Assembly: GCA_963775425.1 (NCBI GenBank)
Contig: CAVZJB010000011.1
Coordinates: 384,001-448,000 of the forward strand
Source of the DNA: an uncultured delta proteobacterium
GTDB lineage: Bacteria; Myxococcota; UBA727; VGSZ01
DNA: 64,000 bases
Direction of reading: 5' to 3'
Of this stretch, positions 21,167-31,222 are shown one piece after another (positions within the stretch are counted from its first letter, which is position 1; each line of letters starts with the position of its first letter). The notes under the pieces are model-generated. The model was not told the DNA's origin. It saw nothing but the letters and a program-made list of their open reading frames with translations, and did no database searches. The position numbers and the translations under genes are program-made.

Positions 21167-22785
21167 TCCCCGGCCTCCCCGATCCCTGGATGCTGCTCGT
21201 CGTCGCGGCGCTCCCCGTGGCGGGCGCGCTGTTCGCGCTCGTGATGCCCGGGGGCGACCGGCTCGCGCTGCGCTACGCGGGCATGGGCACGTCCGTCGCC
21301 GCGGGCATCGCGGGGCTGCGCGCCGCGTTCCTCGCCGTCAGCGCGCCCGTCGCCCTCGACGTCGGCGGCGTCCGCCTCTCTCTCGACGGCCTCTCCGCGC
21401 CGCTGTTGCTCTCGCTCGTGGTCGCCGCGCCCATCGCGCTGCGCTCGGGCGCGCCGCGCATCTTCGAGCGCACGCAGTTCTACGTCGTCACCGTGCTGTT
21501 CGCCGAGGGGCTCCTCGCCGCGGCCATCGTCGTCGACGCGCCGCTTTTGCGCCTCGCCGCGGCCAGCATCGCGGCGGTGCCGCTGTTCGCGCTCGTGGCG
21601 TTGTTCGGCGGGCCGCAGCGGGGGAGCACCACGCTGTCGGCGGCGATGATCTGGCTCTTCGTCGACATCGTGGCGCTCGCGGTGGTGGCGTGGCTGGCGG
21701 CGCGCGCCGGCGTCGACGCGTCGCGCGCGAGCGTCACCGACCTCGCCACGGCGGCGCGCGCGCTCCCGCACTGGCTGTCGCCCTGGATCTTCCTCGCGCT
21801 GGTGGCGCCGGGGCTCGTGCGGCTCGCGGCGGGGCCGTTCTCCGTGTGGCTCGCGTCGTTCCTCGACGAGGCGCCGGTGAGCGCGGCGGTGCTCGCGGCG
21901 TGCGGCGCGGCGCCGCTGGGCGTGCAGATCACGCTGCGCATCGCGGTGCCCACGTGTCCGCAGGGGCTGCTGGCGGTGCTCCCGTGGATCGCGGGCATCG
22001 GCGCGCTCTCGGTGGTGCTGTCGGGGATCATCGCGCTCGGCGAGCGCGACCTGCGACGCTTGCTCGCGCAGCTCCTGCAGGCGGCGGGGGCGACGTCGGC
22101 GGTGGCGCTCCTGAGCCTGGGCGACGACGCCGTCGCCGCGGGCGCGGTGCACGTCGTCGTCACCGGCGCCGCGGCCACGCTCGCGCTGACGTCGGTGGAG
22201 GCCGCCGAGCGGCGCTTCGAGACGCGTGACGTCGTCGAGCTCGCGGGGCTCGGCGGCGCGACGCAGCTCCTCGCCGCGTTCTTGATGCTCGGCCTCGTGA
22301 TGCTCGTGGGCCTGCCGGCCGTGGGCGCGGGGACGACGCTGTGGGCGGTGGCGTCGTCGGTGACGCGCGCGCCCGGGCTTTCGGCGTCGGGCGTGCAGCC
22401 GCTCTCGTCGGCGTGGCTGGCGGCGGCGCTCGCCGGCGGCACCGTGCTCGGCGCCGCGGGTGTCGCGGCCGCGGCCCGTCGCATCCTCGCCCCGCCGCCG
22501 CGCCGGTCGCGCCGCGCGCGTCCCCTCGAGCGGCTCACGGCGGGGCAGTCGGCGCGCCTCTTCGTCCCGGCGATCGTCGCCGTCGCAGCGGGCCTCGCCG
22601 CCGGCGTCCTCCTCGACGGCGCCCGTGGCAGCGCCGCCGCGCTCGCCGCCGAGGCGCGCGCGGGCGCCGGCGTCCACGTCGTCGACACCCCCCCGTTCGC
22701 GCCCCCCTCGAGCGCGCCCGCGGACGCGTCATCGGGATCGTCGTCGGACGCGTCGTCGGGATCGTCGCCGGGGGCCGCGCGATGA
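21163..22785 (+). CDS. nuoM: Divergent NuoM-like subunit
   Basis: LSLDGLSAPLLL, VPLFALVALFGGPQR, PFSVWL...EAP, DLRRLLA, GLP. Confidence 0.75.
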   Translation: MIPGLPDPWMLLVVAALPVAGALFALVMPGGDRLALRYAGMGTSVAAGIAGLRAAFLAVSAPVALDVGGVRLSLDGLSAPLLLSLVVAAPIALRSGAPRIFERTQFYVVTVLFAEGLLAAAIVVDAPLLRLAAASIAAVPLFALVALFGGPQRGSTTLSAAMIWLFVDIVALAVVAWLAARAGVDASRASVTDLATAARALPHWLSPWIFLALVAPGLVRLAAGPFSVWLASFLDEAPVSAAVLAACGAAPLGVQITLRIAVPTCPQGLLAVLPWIAGIGALSVVLSGIIALGERDLRRLLAQLLQAAGATSAVALLSLGDDAVAAGAVHVVVTGAAATLALTSVEAAERRFETRDVVELAGLGGATQLLAAFLMLGLVMLVGLPAVGAGTTLWAVASSVTRAPGLSASGVQPLSSAWLAAALAGGTVLGAAGVAAAARRILAPPPRRSRRARPLERLTAGQSARLFVPAIVAVAAGLAAGVLLDGARGSAAALAAEARAGAGVHVVDTPPFAPPSSAPADASSGSSSDASSGSSPGAAR

Positions 22786-24251
22786 CGCCGACGACGCTCC
22801 AGGCGATCTTCGCGCCGGCGATGTGGCTCGGCGCCGCGCTCCTGTGCCTGCTGTTCGAGGCCGCGGGGACCCCCGTGGGGGCGCGCAAGCGCGGGGCGCG
22901 CACGCACCTCGCGTGGATCATCGGCCTCACCGGGGGCGTCATCGTCGTCCACGCGCTCACCAGCTGGGCCGCGGCGGCCACGCCCGCGTCGAGCGCCACC
23001 GGGCTCATTCACGACCGCGGCGGCCTCCTCGCCTCCGCGGGGATCGCGCTCCTCGTGATCGCCGCGCACACCGCGGCGGTCCCCGGTCTGCGCGGGATGG
23101 GCGAGGAGCGCGGCGAGATGAGCGCCGCCTTCGCCGCCGTCGGCGCCGGCTTCAGCCTCGTGGTCATCTCCGCAAACCTCCTGTCCTTCGCAGCCGGGCT
23201 CGTCCTCGTCGTCGCCGCCGTCTCTTTGGTGGCCGCGCCCGATCGCGACGGTCCCCACGGGATCGAGGCGGCCACCAAGGCCGTCGTCGGCGCCGGCCTC
23301 ACCTTCGCGCTCTTGTCGCTCGCGCTCGTCTTCGTCTTCACCGCCGCCGGCGACGCGAGCCCCGCGGGCCTCGGCCGCGCCTTGCAGACCGACGCGTCGC
23401 TCGCGCTGCCCGCCGTGGTCCTCGTCGTCGTCGTGTTCGCCCTCATGCTCGGCACGGTGCCGCTGCACCAGAAGTTCGTCGACGTCGCCCACGGCGCCTC
23501 CGCGGCGTCCTCCGGCCTCCTCGCCGGCGGCGCGCTCCTCGCCGGCGGCTGCGCCGCGCTCCGCTTCGTCGACGGCATCGCGCTCGCGGGCCCGCGCCCC
23601 GAGCTCGCCCAGGGCTTCGCCGTCCTCGCCGCGCTCACGCTCATCGGCGCGCCCATCGCGTCCCTCGACCAGACGCGCATCGCCCGCGTGGTCGCCTACG
23701 TCGTCGTCGTGCCCGGCGGCCTCGTGCTCGCGGCGGCGGCGGCGCAGACGGCGGACCCGTCGGGCGCGGTGGCGGCGTGGCGCGCGGGGACCGCCGCCGC
23801 GCTCACGGGCGCGCTCGGCGCCTCGGCCGCGCTCCTCGGGATCCTCGTGCCGCAGCTCGACCCCTCGTCGACGTGGGAGGACTGGGCGGGCTTCGGCCGT
23901 CGCCGCCCGGTGATGGCCGCGCTCCTCGTCTACGCCGTGGCCACCGCCGCCGGCGTCCCCGGCACCGCGGGCTTCGTCGCCCGCCTCGAGGTCGCCCGCG
24001 CGTGCGTCGACGCCCACCTCGACGCCCTCGCGCTCATCGCGGTGGCGAGCGCCGCCATCGGCGCCGCGCCCCTCGTGCGCCTCGCGCTCTTCCTGTTCGC
24101 CAAGCACCAGCCGCCGGCGAAGAAGAAGGAGCCGCCGCGCATCCGCCGGCCGCTCTTGATGGTGTCGTTCACGCTGCTGGTGGTGCTCGCCGCGGTGATC
24201 GCCATCGCGCCTTGGCTGCTCGACGGCGTGCTCGAGGCCGCGCGCCGCTGA
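22782..24251 (+). CDS. nuoN: Divergent NuoN-like subunit
   Basis: RGE, GIEAATK, VPLHQKFVDVAHGA, RVVAY, AGVPGTAGFVAR. Confidence 0.75.
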   Translation: MTPTTLQAIFAPAMWLGAALLCLLFEAAGTPVGARKRGARTHLAWIIGLTGGVIVVHALTSWAAAATPASSATGLIHDRGGLLASAGIALLVIAAHTAAVPGLRGMGEERGEMSAAFAAVGAGFSLVVISANLLSFAAGLVLVVAAVSLVAAPDRDGPHGIEAATKAVVGAGLTFALLSLALVFVFTAAGDASPAGLGRALQTDASLALPAVVLVVVVFALMLGTVPLHQKFVDVAHGASAASSGLLAGGALLAGGCAALRFVDGIALAGPRPELAQGFAVLAALTLIGAPIASLDQTRIARVVAYVVVVPGGLVLAAAAAQTADPSGAVAAWRAGTAAALTGALGASAALLGILVPQLDPSSTWEDWAGFGRRRPVMAALLVYAVATAAGVPGTAGFVARLEVARACVDAHLDALALIAVASAAIGAAPLVRLALFLFAKHQPPAKKKEPPRIRRPLLMVSFTLLVVLAAVIAIAPWLLDGVLEAARR

Positions 24252-24281
24252 CCAGCGCCCGGAGGGAGCGGCCGCGCTCGA

Positions 24282-24662
24282 TCACGCGCACAGGCGGGAG
24301 ACGGCGTCGACGACCGCGCCCGCGCCGGCGCCCTTGCCGAGGACGCAGGCGCAGCCGACGTCGACGGCGAGCACGTTGAGCTCGTCGCCCGGGTGCTCGG
24401 TGTAGATGACGACGGGGATGCGCTGCGTCTGCGGGTCGGACTTGAGGCGGGCGGCGGCGGCGAGGCCGTCGAGGCGGGGCATCGCGAGGTCCATGATGAT
24501 GACGTCGGGGTGGCGCTCGAGCGCGGCCTTCACGCCGGCGGCGCCGTCGAGCGCCACGGTCACGGCGAAGCCGGCGTCGGCGAGCGCCGCGAACAAGCCG
24601 TCCACGGACTCCGGGAAGTCGTCGACGACGAGCACGAGCTTGACCGTGGACCCGCCCTGCAT
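24282..24662 (-). CDS. Single-domain response regulator (CheY-like)
   Basis: VLVVDD, PDVIIMDLAMPRLDG, IPVVIYT, LGK. Confidence 0.88.
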   Translation of the reverse strand: MQGGSTVKLVLVVDDFPESVDGLFAALADAGFAVTVALDGAAGVKAALERHPDVIIMDLAMPRLDGLAAAARLKSDPQTQRIPVVIYTEHPGDELNVLAVDVGCACVLGKGAGAGAVVDAVSRLCA

Positions 24663-24752
24663 CCCCCGAGGGTAGGGGGGCCGCAGGGGGAGATCGAGGT
24701 TGCCCCGGCGAGTGGCTCGGACTAGACCAAGACCGATTTTCCGAGGTTCTCC

Positions 24753-25016
24753 ATGGCCCGTGTCACCGTCGAAGACTGCCTTACCGAGCTCGACAACCGC
24801 TTCGCGCTCGTGCTCCTCGCCACCGGCCGCACCCGGCAGCTCATGAAGGGCAGCCGCTCGCTGGTGGAGAACCAGAAGAACAAGGAGCCGGTGGTGGCCC
24901 TCCGCGAGATCGCCGCGGGCAAGGTGCGCTTCGATCGCCCCGTGAGGAGCGTGCTCGCCAAGCGCCTGAGCGAGCTGCAGGCCGAGTACGAGGCCGCGCA
25001 CGGGATGCCCATCTAA
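24753..25016 (+). CDS. rpoZ: RNA polymerase omega subunit
   Basis: [10 protein letters not shown]...NRFALV...RTRQL...VALREIAAG. Confidence 0.97.
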   Translation: MARVTVEDCLTELDNRFALVLLATGRTRQLMKGSRSLVENQKNKEPVVALREIAAGKVRFDRPVRSVLAKRLSELQAEYEAAHGMPI

Positions 25017-25019
25017 GCG

Positions 25020-25829
25020 TTGCACCCGAAGCAGCAGCTCGAGGGCACCGGGATCCGGCCGAAGAAGTCCTTCGGCCAGAACTTCCTCGCCGACGACGTC
25101 CACCTCCAAAAGATCGCCCGGCTCGCCGTCGCCCGCGCGAAGGACGACGCGCGCACCATCGTCGAGATGGGCGCGGGCCTGGGCGCGCTGACGGCGCACC
25201 TGTTGGCGTTGGGCGCCACGGTGCACGCCGTGGAGCGAGACCGCGAGCTCGTGCCCCTGCTGCGGGCCCGCTTCGACGGCGCCGCGGGCCTGACGGTCCA
25301 CGAGGACAACGCCCTCACGTTCCCGCTCGAGGTCATCGCCGGCGGCGGCGCGCTCGCGGGGAACCTGCCGTACCACCACGCCGCGCAGCTCGCCGGGCGC
25401 GCGCTGTCGGCGTGGCCGCGCATCGGGGGCGCGTGCTTCCTGGTGCAGCTCGAGGTCGGCGAACGGATGGCGGCGTCGCCGGGGACCAAAGAGTACGGCT
25501 CGCTGACGGTGGCGCTGCAGTCGCGCTTCGACGTCTCGCTCGCGCACACCGTGCCGAAGGGTGCCTTCTGGCCGGTGCCCGACGTCGACGGCGGCGTCGT
25601 CGTCATGGACGCGCTCGCGTCGCCTCGCGGGGCGCCGCATGAGCTGGCCCGCCTCGAGGAGCTCGTGCGCGCGGCGTTTCAGCAGCGGCGAAAGACGGTG
25701 CGCAACGGCCTGAAAGGCGTCTTCGGGGCGGGCGTCGACGACGCTCTCGCCGCCGCGGGCATCGCGCCGCAGGCGCGCCCCGAGGACATCGATGTGGCTT
25801 CCTGGGGCCGGCTCGCGGCGCTGCCCTGA
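25020..25829 (+). CDS. rsmA: 16S rRNA dimethyladenosine transferase
   Basis: PKKSFGQNFL, EMGAGLGALT, GNLPY, FWPVPDVD, AFQQRRKT. Confidence 0.95.
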   Translation: MHPKQQLEGTGIRPKKSFGQNFLADDVHLQKIARLAVARAKDDARTIVEMGAGLGALTAHLLALGATVHAVERDRELVPLLRARFDGAAGLTVHEDNALTFPLEVIAGGGALAGNLPYHHAAQLAGRALSAWPRIGGACFLVQLEVGERMAASPGTKEYGSLTVALQSRFDVSLAHTVPKGAFWPVPDVDGGVVVMDALASPRGAPHELARLEELVRAAFQQRRKTVRNGLKGVFGAGVDDALAAAGIAPQARPEDIDVASWGRLAALP

Positions 25830-25865
25830 GGCGGGTCGCAGCCTCAGGGAATGCTACATGGGGGG

Positions 25866-26699
25866 ATGCCCGAGGGCCCCGAGGTCGAGACCGTCCGAAG
25901 CACGCTCGCCCCGCTGCTGGTCGGCCGCACCCTGGGCCGCGCCGTCGTCGGCCGCCGGGCGCTGCGCACGCCCGTGACCAGCCGCGTGCTCGGCAGGCTC
26001 CGCGGAAGGCGCGTCATCGACGTCGACAGGCACGGCAAGGCGCTGTTCATCGTGCTCGACCAGGGCGGCCTCCTGGTGCGCCTTGGCATGACGGGCAGGC
26101 TCCTCGTCGTCGACGACGGCGCCGCGCTCCACCCGCACACCCACGTTCGCATCGCCCTCGATCCGGGCGAGCTCCGCTACGTCGACGTCCGTCGCTTCGG
26201 CGAGGTGGTCCCCTACAAGGACGCCGCCGCCCGCGCGGCCCTCACCGCGGGCATGGGCCCCGACGCCCTCAGCCTCGACGCCGGCGGCCGCGCCCGCGTG
26301 CGCGCCGGCCTCCGGAAGACCACCAGGGCCCTCAAGGACGCGCTGCTCGACCAGGGGCTCCTCGCCGGCGTCGGCAACATCTACGCGGCCGAGATCCTCT
26401 GGACGGCGCGCCTGTCCCCGTGGCGGGCCGCGCACACCCTCGACGACGGCGAGGCGGCCCGGCTGCTCGACGCCACAACGGGCGTCCTCGCCCAGGCGGT
26501 GAAGCGGCGCGGGACGAGCTTCTCCGACTACGTCGACGCCACCGGCGCCCCCGGCGACAACGCCGCCCACCTCGCGGTCTTCCAGCGCGAGGGGGAGCCG
26601 TGCCCCGCCTGTGGCCGGCCCGTCAAGCGGGCGGTACAGGGGGCCCGGAGCACGTTCTATTGCGCGGCGTGTCAGCGTGCCCGCCCGCGTCGTTGTTGA
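25866..26699 (+). CDS. mutM: Formamidopyrimidine-DNA glycosylase
   Basis: MPEGPEVE start, LGMTG, LLDQ..AGVGNIYA, CPAC...CAACQ zinc finger. Confidence 0.95.
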   Translation: MPEGPEVETVRSTLAPLLVGRTLGRAVVGRRALRTPVTSRVLGRLRGRRVIDVDRHGKALFIVLDQGGLLVRLGMTGRLLVVDDGAALHPHTHVRIALDPGELRYVDVRRFGEVVPYKDAAARAALTAGMGPDALSLDAGGRARVRAGLRKTTRALKDALLDQGLLAGVGNIYAAEILWTARLSPWRAAHTLDDGEAARLLDATTGVLAQAVKRRGTSFSDYVDATGAPGDNAAHLAVFQREGEPCPACGRPVKRAVQGARSTFYCAACQRARPRRC

Positions 26700-26718
26700 G
26701 CTAACCTGCGACCCTTCG

Positions 26719-29700
26719 ATGAGCTTGGTGTTCGGCAAATACGAGAAGATTCGGCGCATCGCCCAGGGCGGCATGGGGGAGGTCTTCCTCGCGCGCCAGA
26801 CCGGCGTGCTCGACCGCCTCGCCATCCTCAAGAGCCTGCGCGCGGACCTGGCGCAGGAGCACGAGTTCGTCGAGCAGTTCCTCGACGAGGCGCGGGTGGC
26901 GGCCACGCTCAACCACCCGAACATCGTCAGCATCTACGACGTCGGCGAGACCGGCGGCACCTACTACATCGCCATGGAGTACGTGCCCGGCGAGGACCTC
27001 TCCAAGCTGTGGTACGCGGCGGCCAAGGCGGGCGTGGGCCTGCCGTTCCAGGTGTCGGTGCGGGTCTGCTTCGAGGCCGCGCTCGGGCTCGACCACGCGC
27101 ACAAGGCCAAGGACGTCCGCGGAAACCCGCTCAACATCGTCCACCGCGACGTGAGCCCGCAGAACATCATGGTCCGCGGCGACGGCGTGGTGAAGCTCGT
27201 GGACTTCGGCATCGCCAAGGCCGCCAACAAGTCCTCGCGCACGCAGACGGGGATGGTGAAGGGCAAGCTGCAGTACATGTCGCCGGAGCAGGTGCGCGGC
27301 GAGGCCCTCGACGGGCGCAGCGATCGAATTCTCGCTCGGCGTCGTGCTGTGGGAGATGTGCACGGGGCGCCGGCTGTTCAAGGCCGACACCGAGATCAAC
27401 ACGCTGCAGAAGATCCTGCAGTCGCCCATCCCCAAGCCGTCGGAGCACGTGCCCGGCTTCCCGCCGGAGCTCGAGGCCACCATCCTGCGTATGCTCCAGC
27501 GCGACGTCGACAAGCGCTTCAAGAACCTCGGCGAGGTCGCCGCGGACCTCAAGGGCTACCTCGACCGCGCGTCGCTGTCGTCGGGGGAGACCACCGTCGC
27601 GGGCTTCGTGCAGCAGATCCTCGGGCCCGAGCTCGAGGAGCGCATCCGCGACCTCACGCCCATGGAGCCCACCGAGCACGCGGCGCCCTACCCGCAGCCC
27701 AACGAGCGCACGGGCAAGCAGAAGGCGCAGACGTCGCCGGCGATGCAGGCGCAGGTGGCGCCCAACGACGGCCCCACCGCCATCGTCGCCGAGGACGACC
27801 TCGGGCGCATGTCCAAGGGGCCGCAGGGCGAGTGGGCGGTGCGCAAGGTGGACGGCAAGGTGATGCACTTCACCGAGATGTCCACGCTGCACCAGTGGAT
27901 CCTCGACGGTCACGTCGCCGGCGACGACTCGTTCTCCACCGACGGCAAGACGTGGCGCAAGGTGTCCACGGCCGCGCAGTTCCAGAAGTTCCTCGAGATC
28001 GCCGTCGCCGCCAAGCAGGTGGCGCAGAAGACGGGCTCGCGCCCCGCTGCCGACGTCGACAACCCCTCCACGCTGCCGCTCGTGATCCCGCCCGCGGGCG
28101 CGGGGGACCCGGTCACCGAGTACTCGCTCGGCGAGCTGCCGGCGTCAAAGACCGGGACCTGGGGCGCGCCGGAGATCGCGCTCGTCGTGGCGCAGGCGCG
28201 GGAGCGCGAGGCGCAGGCGGCGGAGAAGGCGGAGAAGGCGGCGCCGCCTCCCGACGGGCTCACGCCCACCACGCGCGCCGGCAACGACGCCGCCGCGGCC
28301 GTCGTGCTCGAGCGCCCGACGGCGCCGCCGCGCGCCGCGCGCGTGCCCACCATCGTGTGGATGCTCGGCGGCATCGTGGTGGCCCTCGCGCTCGTCGTCG
28401 GCGGGCTCGCCGCGTTCGATCCGGGCTTGCTCGTGGCGCTCGTCGGCAACACGCCCGACGACGGCGAGGTCAGACAGGCGCTCACCGCCGCCCGCACCGA
28501 CGACCCGCAGGCGCTCGACGCGCTCTTGAAGCGCGCCGACACCGCGGTGAAGGCGGCGTCGCCGTCGGCGGACACGCTCGCCGCCGCGGCCATCCTGCAT
28601 GTCGCGCGCGCGCGCACCGACGACGACACCGTTCGCATCGCCGCGATGCTCACGGCGCTCAAGGACGATGGCCCGCCCGTGTCCACCAAGAGCCCCGACG
28701 CGCACCTCGAAGCCGCCTACAAGCTCGCGACCAACGCGCTCGCGCCCGCCGACGGCGAGAAGGGCACCGCGGGCGCACAGCTCGCGATGGCGAAGTACCA
28801 CGCGGAGAAGGGCGCGCTCACGGAGCTGAACGCCGACGCCGACGCCGCGCTCGCCGCCGCCAAGGGAAAGCCGTTGGAGCCCGTCGTCACCGCGGAGCTC
28901 GCCGTCATCCGCGCGCTGCTCGACGGCCGCACCGCGCTCGCCTCCACCGACGCCGCCGCCGTGCGCGCCGCGGCGGTGAAGGTCGGCGCGCTCAACGAGC
29001 CGCGCGCGCGCGTGCTCACGGCCATGCTCCACGCCCGCGCCGCCGCCGTCGCCGACGACGATCAGGCCAAGGCGGACCTCGCCGCCGTGCAGAGCGAGGC
29101 GCAGCTCCTCACCGAGAGCGCCGCGGGCGATCCGCGGCCGGCGCTGCTCGCGCGCCTGGCCAAGCGGCTCGACAAGGTCCTCGCCGACAAGGCGAAGGAC
29201 AAGACCGACAAGACGGACAAGACGGACAAGACGGGCAAGACCGACAAGACGGACAAGACGGACAAGACGGACAAGACGGGCAAGACCGACAAGACGGACA
29301 AGACCGACAAGACCGACAAGAAGGCCGACGTCGCCGCCGCCGTCGACGCGGGGCCGCCGCCGCCGCCGCCGCCGGAGACGTTCGAGAGCGCGATGGAGAA
29401 GGCCAAGCACGCGCAGCGGCGCGGCTCCCCCAAGTCGGCCGCGTATTGGGCCAAGAAGGCGCTCGAGCTCAAGCCCGGCGCCGTCGAGGCCGAGATCGTC
29501 ATCGGTTACTCGTACATCGACGGCGGCGTCCCCGGCAGCGCGCGCGACGTCTTCAAGAAGATCCTCGCCAAGGACCCGAGGAACTGCGCGGCGAGCTTCG
29601 GCGTCGCCAAGGCCGACGAGGACGACGGCAAGACCACCGACGCGCGCAACGGCTATCTCAACTTCGTGGAGCTCTGTCCCGACGACAAAGACGCCGGTCT

Positions 29701-29731
29701 CGCCAAGGCCGAGGCCGCCAGGCTGGAGTGA
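26719..29731 (+). pseudogene. Membrane Ser/Thr kinase (kinase, GYF-like, TM, TPR) with a +1 frameshift near 27325; real lesion or sequencing error
   Basis: GGMGEV, HRDVSPQN, DFG and YMSPEQ lie in one frame. After DGRSD the expected FSLGVVLWEM continues in the next frame (gat cgaa ttc tcg ctc). Confidence 0.8.
29198..29320 (+). repeat. 9-bp tandem repeat encoding (DKT)n, ~14 units
   Basis: gacaagacs units with a GKT variant every fifth unit. Confidence 0.9.
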
Positions 29732-29732
29732 C

Positions 29733-31094
29733 ATGCACGCAATCCTCGCGGCCGCGCTGATCCTCTCGGCGAGAACGCACGACAAGCCTCCCGTGGAAGG
29801 ACCGCCGAGCGATCTCGTGCGTGAGGTGGTGAAGAGCCTCGAGGCGTCGTCGGTCGAGCGCGTGTCCCTCGAGAAGTACGCGCGCTTCGGCCTCGACGCG
29901 CTCGCGCGCCACGACCCGTGCCTCAAGCGCGTCCCGGGCGGGGACAGCATCGCGCTCGTGTGCGGCGCCGAGAAGCTGTCGGCCCCGTGGCCGCCGCCCA
30001 ACAGCGACGCCGTGGCCATCCTGTTGTCGAACGCCATCCGGCTCGTCGACGAGGACCACGCCGTGCGCAGCGATCGCGAGCGCGCAGTGGCGCGCGGCCT
30101 CTCCCGCGCCGTCGACGATCCGTTCACCGCGTACCTGCCGCCGGAGATGGTGGCGGCGGTGACGTCGCACCAGACGGCGATGTTCGGCGCCACGCCCGGC
30201 GTCGAGGTCTGGCCGCGCGACCCCACCAAGGTGCGCGAGGTGCGCCGCGACTCCGACGCCGCGCGCGTCGGCATCGAGGCCGGCGACGTCATCCTCGCCA
30301 TCGACGACGCCAGCGCCTCCGACCTGACCTTCCCGGAGATCGCGGCCAAGCTTCAGGGCGCCAACGAGAGCGTCGTGCGCATCACCATGAAGACGGCCCA
30401 CGGCACCAGGCCGTTCACGGTGGCGCGCACCATGCTGCCCGAGAGCGACGTCGTCACGCGCCAGCTCGACAACGGCGTCCTCTACATCATGTTGCCCGTG
30501 TTCAAGCAGGGCATCGCCAAGAAGATCAAGCAGGTGCTTTGGGACGTGCGGCCGCGTGGCGTCATCCTCGACCTGCGGCACAACGGCGGCGGCCTCGTCC
30601 CCGAGGCCACGCAGCTCGCCGATCTCTTCATGAAGGACGGCGTCATCGCCGGCACGCGCGCGGGGCCGGGGCGCCCCACCGAGGACTACGTCGCGCATAG
30701 AGACGAAAACGACGTCGACAGCCCGCTCGTCGTGCTGATCGACGGCGGCACCGCGTCGGCGTCGGAGCTGTTCGCGATGGCGATGAAGGAGCGCAAGCGC
30801 GCCGTGGTGCTCGGCACGCAGACCGCGGGCAAGGGCAGCTTCCAGCGCCAGATCCACATGCCCGACGGCGGCGTCCTGCGCGTGACCGCCGGCTACTACG
30901 TCGGGCCGCTCGGGCACCGCCTCGACGACCACGGCGTCACCCCCGACCGCTTCCTGGCCCCCGCGCGCTCGAAGACCGTGTTCGAGGGCGGGGACGCGGC
31001 GAGCGACTCGTGGATCCTCAGCGCCCTCGACGCCCTCCAGGGCCAACGGCCCCCGCAGGGCATCATGGTCTCGGGCGCGGGCCCCGCCCCGTAG
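29733..31094 (+). CDS. S41 family C-terminal processing peptidase with PDZ domain
   Basis: DPFTAY, GIEAGDVILAID, LDLRHNGGG, GTASASE, TAGKG. Confidence 0.92.
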   Translation: MHAILAAALILSARTHDKPPVEGPPSDLVREVVKSLEASSVERVSLEKYARFGLDALARHDPCLKRVPGGDSIALVCGAEKLSAPWPPPNSDAVAILLSNAIRLVDEDHAVRSDRERAVARGLSRAVDDPFTAYLPPEMVAAVTSHQTAMFGATPGVEVWPRDPTKVREVRRDSDAARVGIEAGDVILAIDDASASDLTFPEIAAKLQGANESVVRITMKTAHGTRPFTVARTMLPESDVVTRQLDNGVLYIMLPVFKQGIAKKIKQVLWDVRPRGVILDLRHNGGGLVPEATQLADLFMKDGVIAGTRAGPGRPTEDYVAHRDENDVDSPLVVLIDGGTASASELFAMAMKERKRAVVLGTQTAGKGSFQRQIHMPDGGVLRVTAGYYVGPLGHRLDDHGVTPDRFLAPARSKTVFEGGDAASDSWILSALDALQGQRPPQGIMVSGAGPAP

Positions 31095-31222
31095 TCGCGA
31101 CGTCGCTGAGGTCGAGCGTCGCGCCGCACGGGTGCGCCGTCGTGCAGGTGCGCCCCGTCGCACGCTGACCGCTCGTTCCGCCGGGTGCGCCGGCATCGGT
31201 ACGCTTCCTCGAGGAGGTCGCC

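Noticed and set aside
18153-24251. Mrp antiporter or DabB carbon-pump interpretation
   Set aside because: Gene order, sizes and terminal motifs fit nuoJKLMN; no mrpEFG or DabA gene is adjacent.
27329-29760. Continuation of ORF 26611-29760 as one 1049-aa protein
   Set aside because: After DGRSD this frame is low-complexity shadow; the kinase continues in the 27344-29731 frame.
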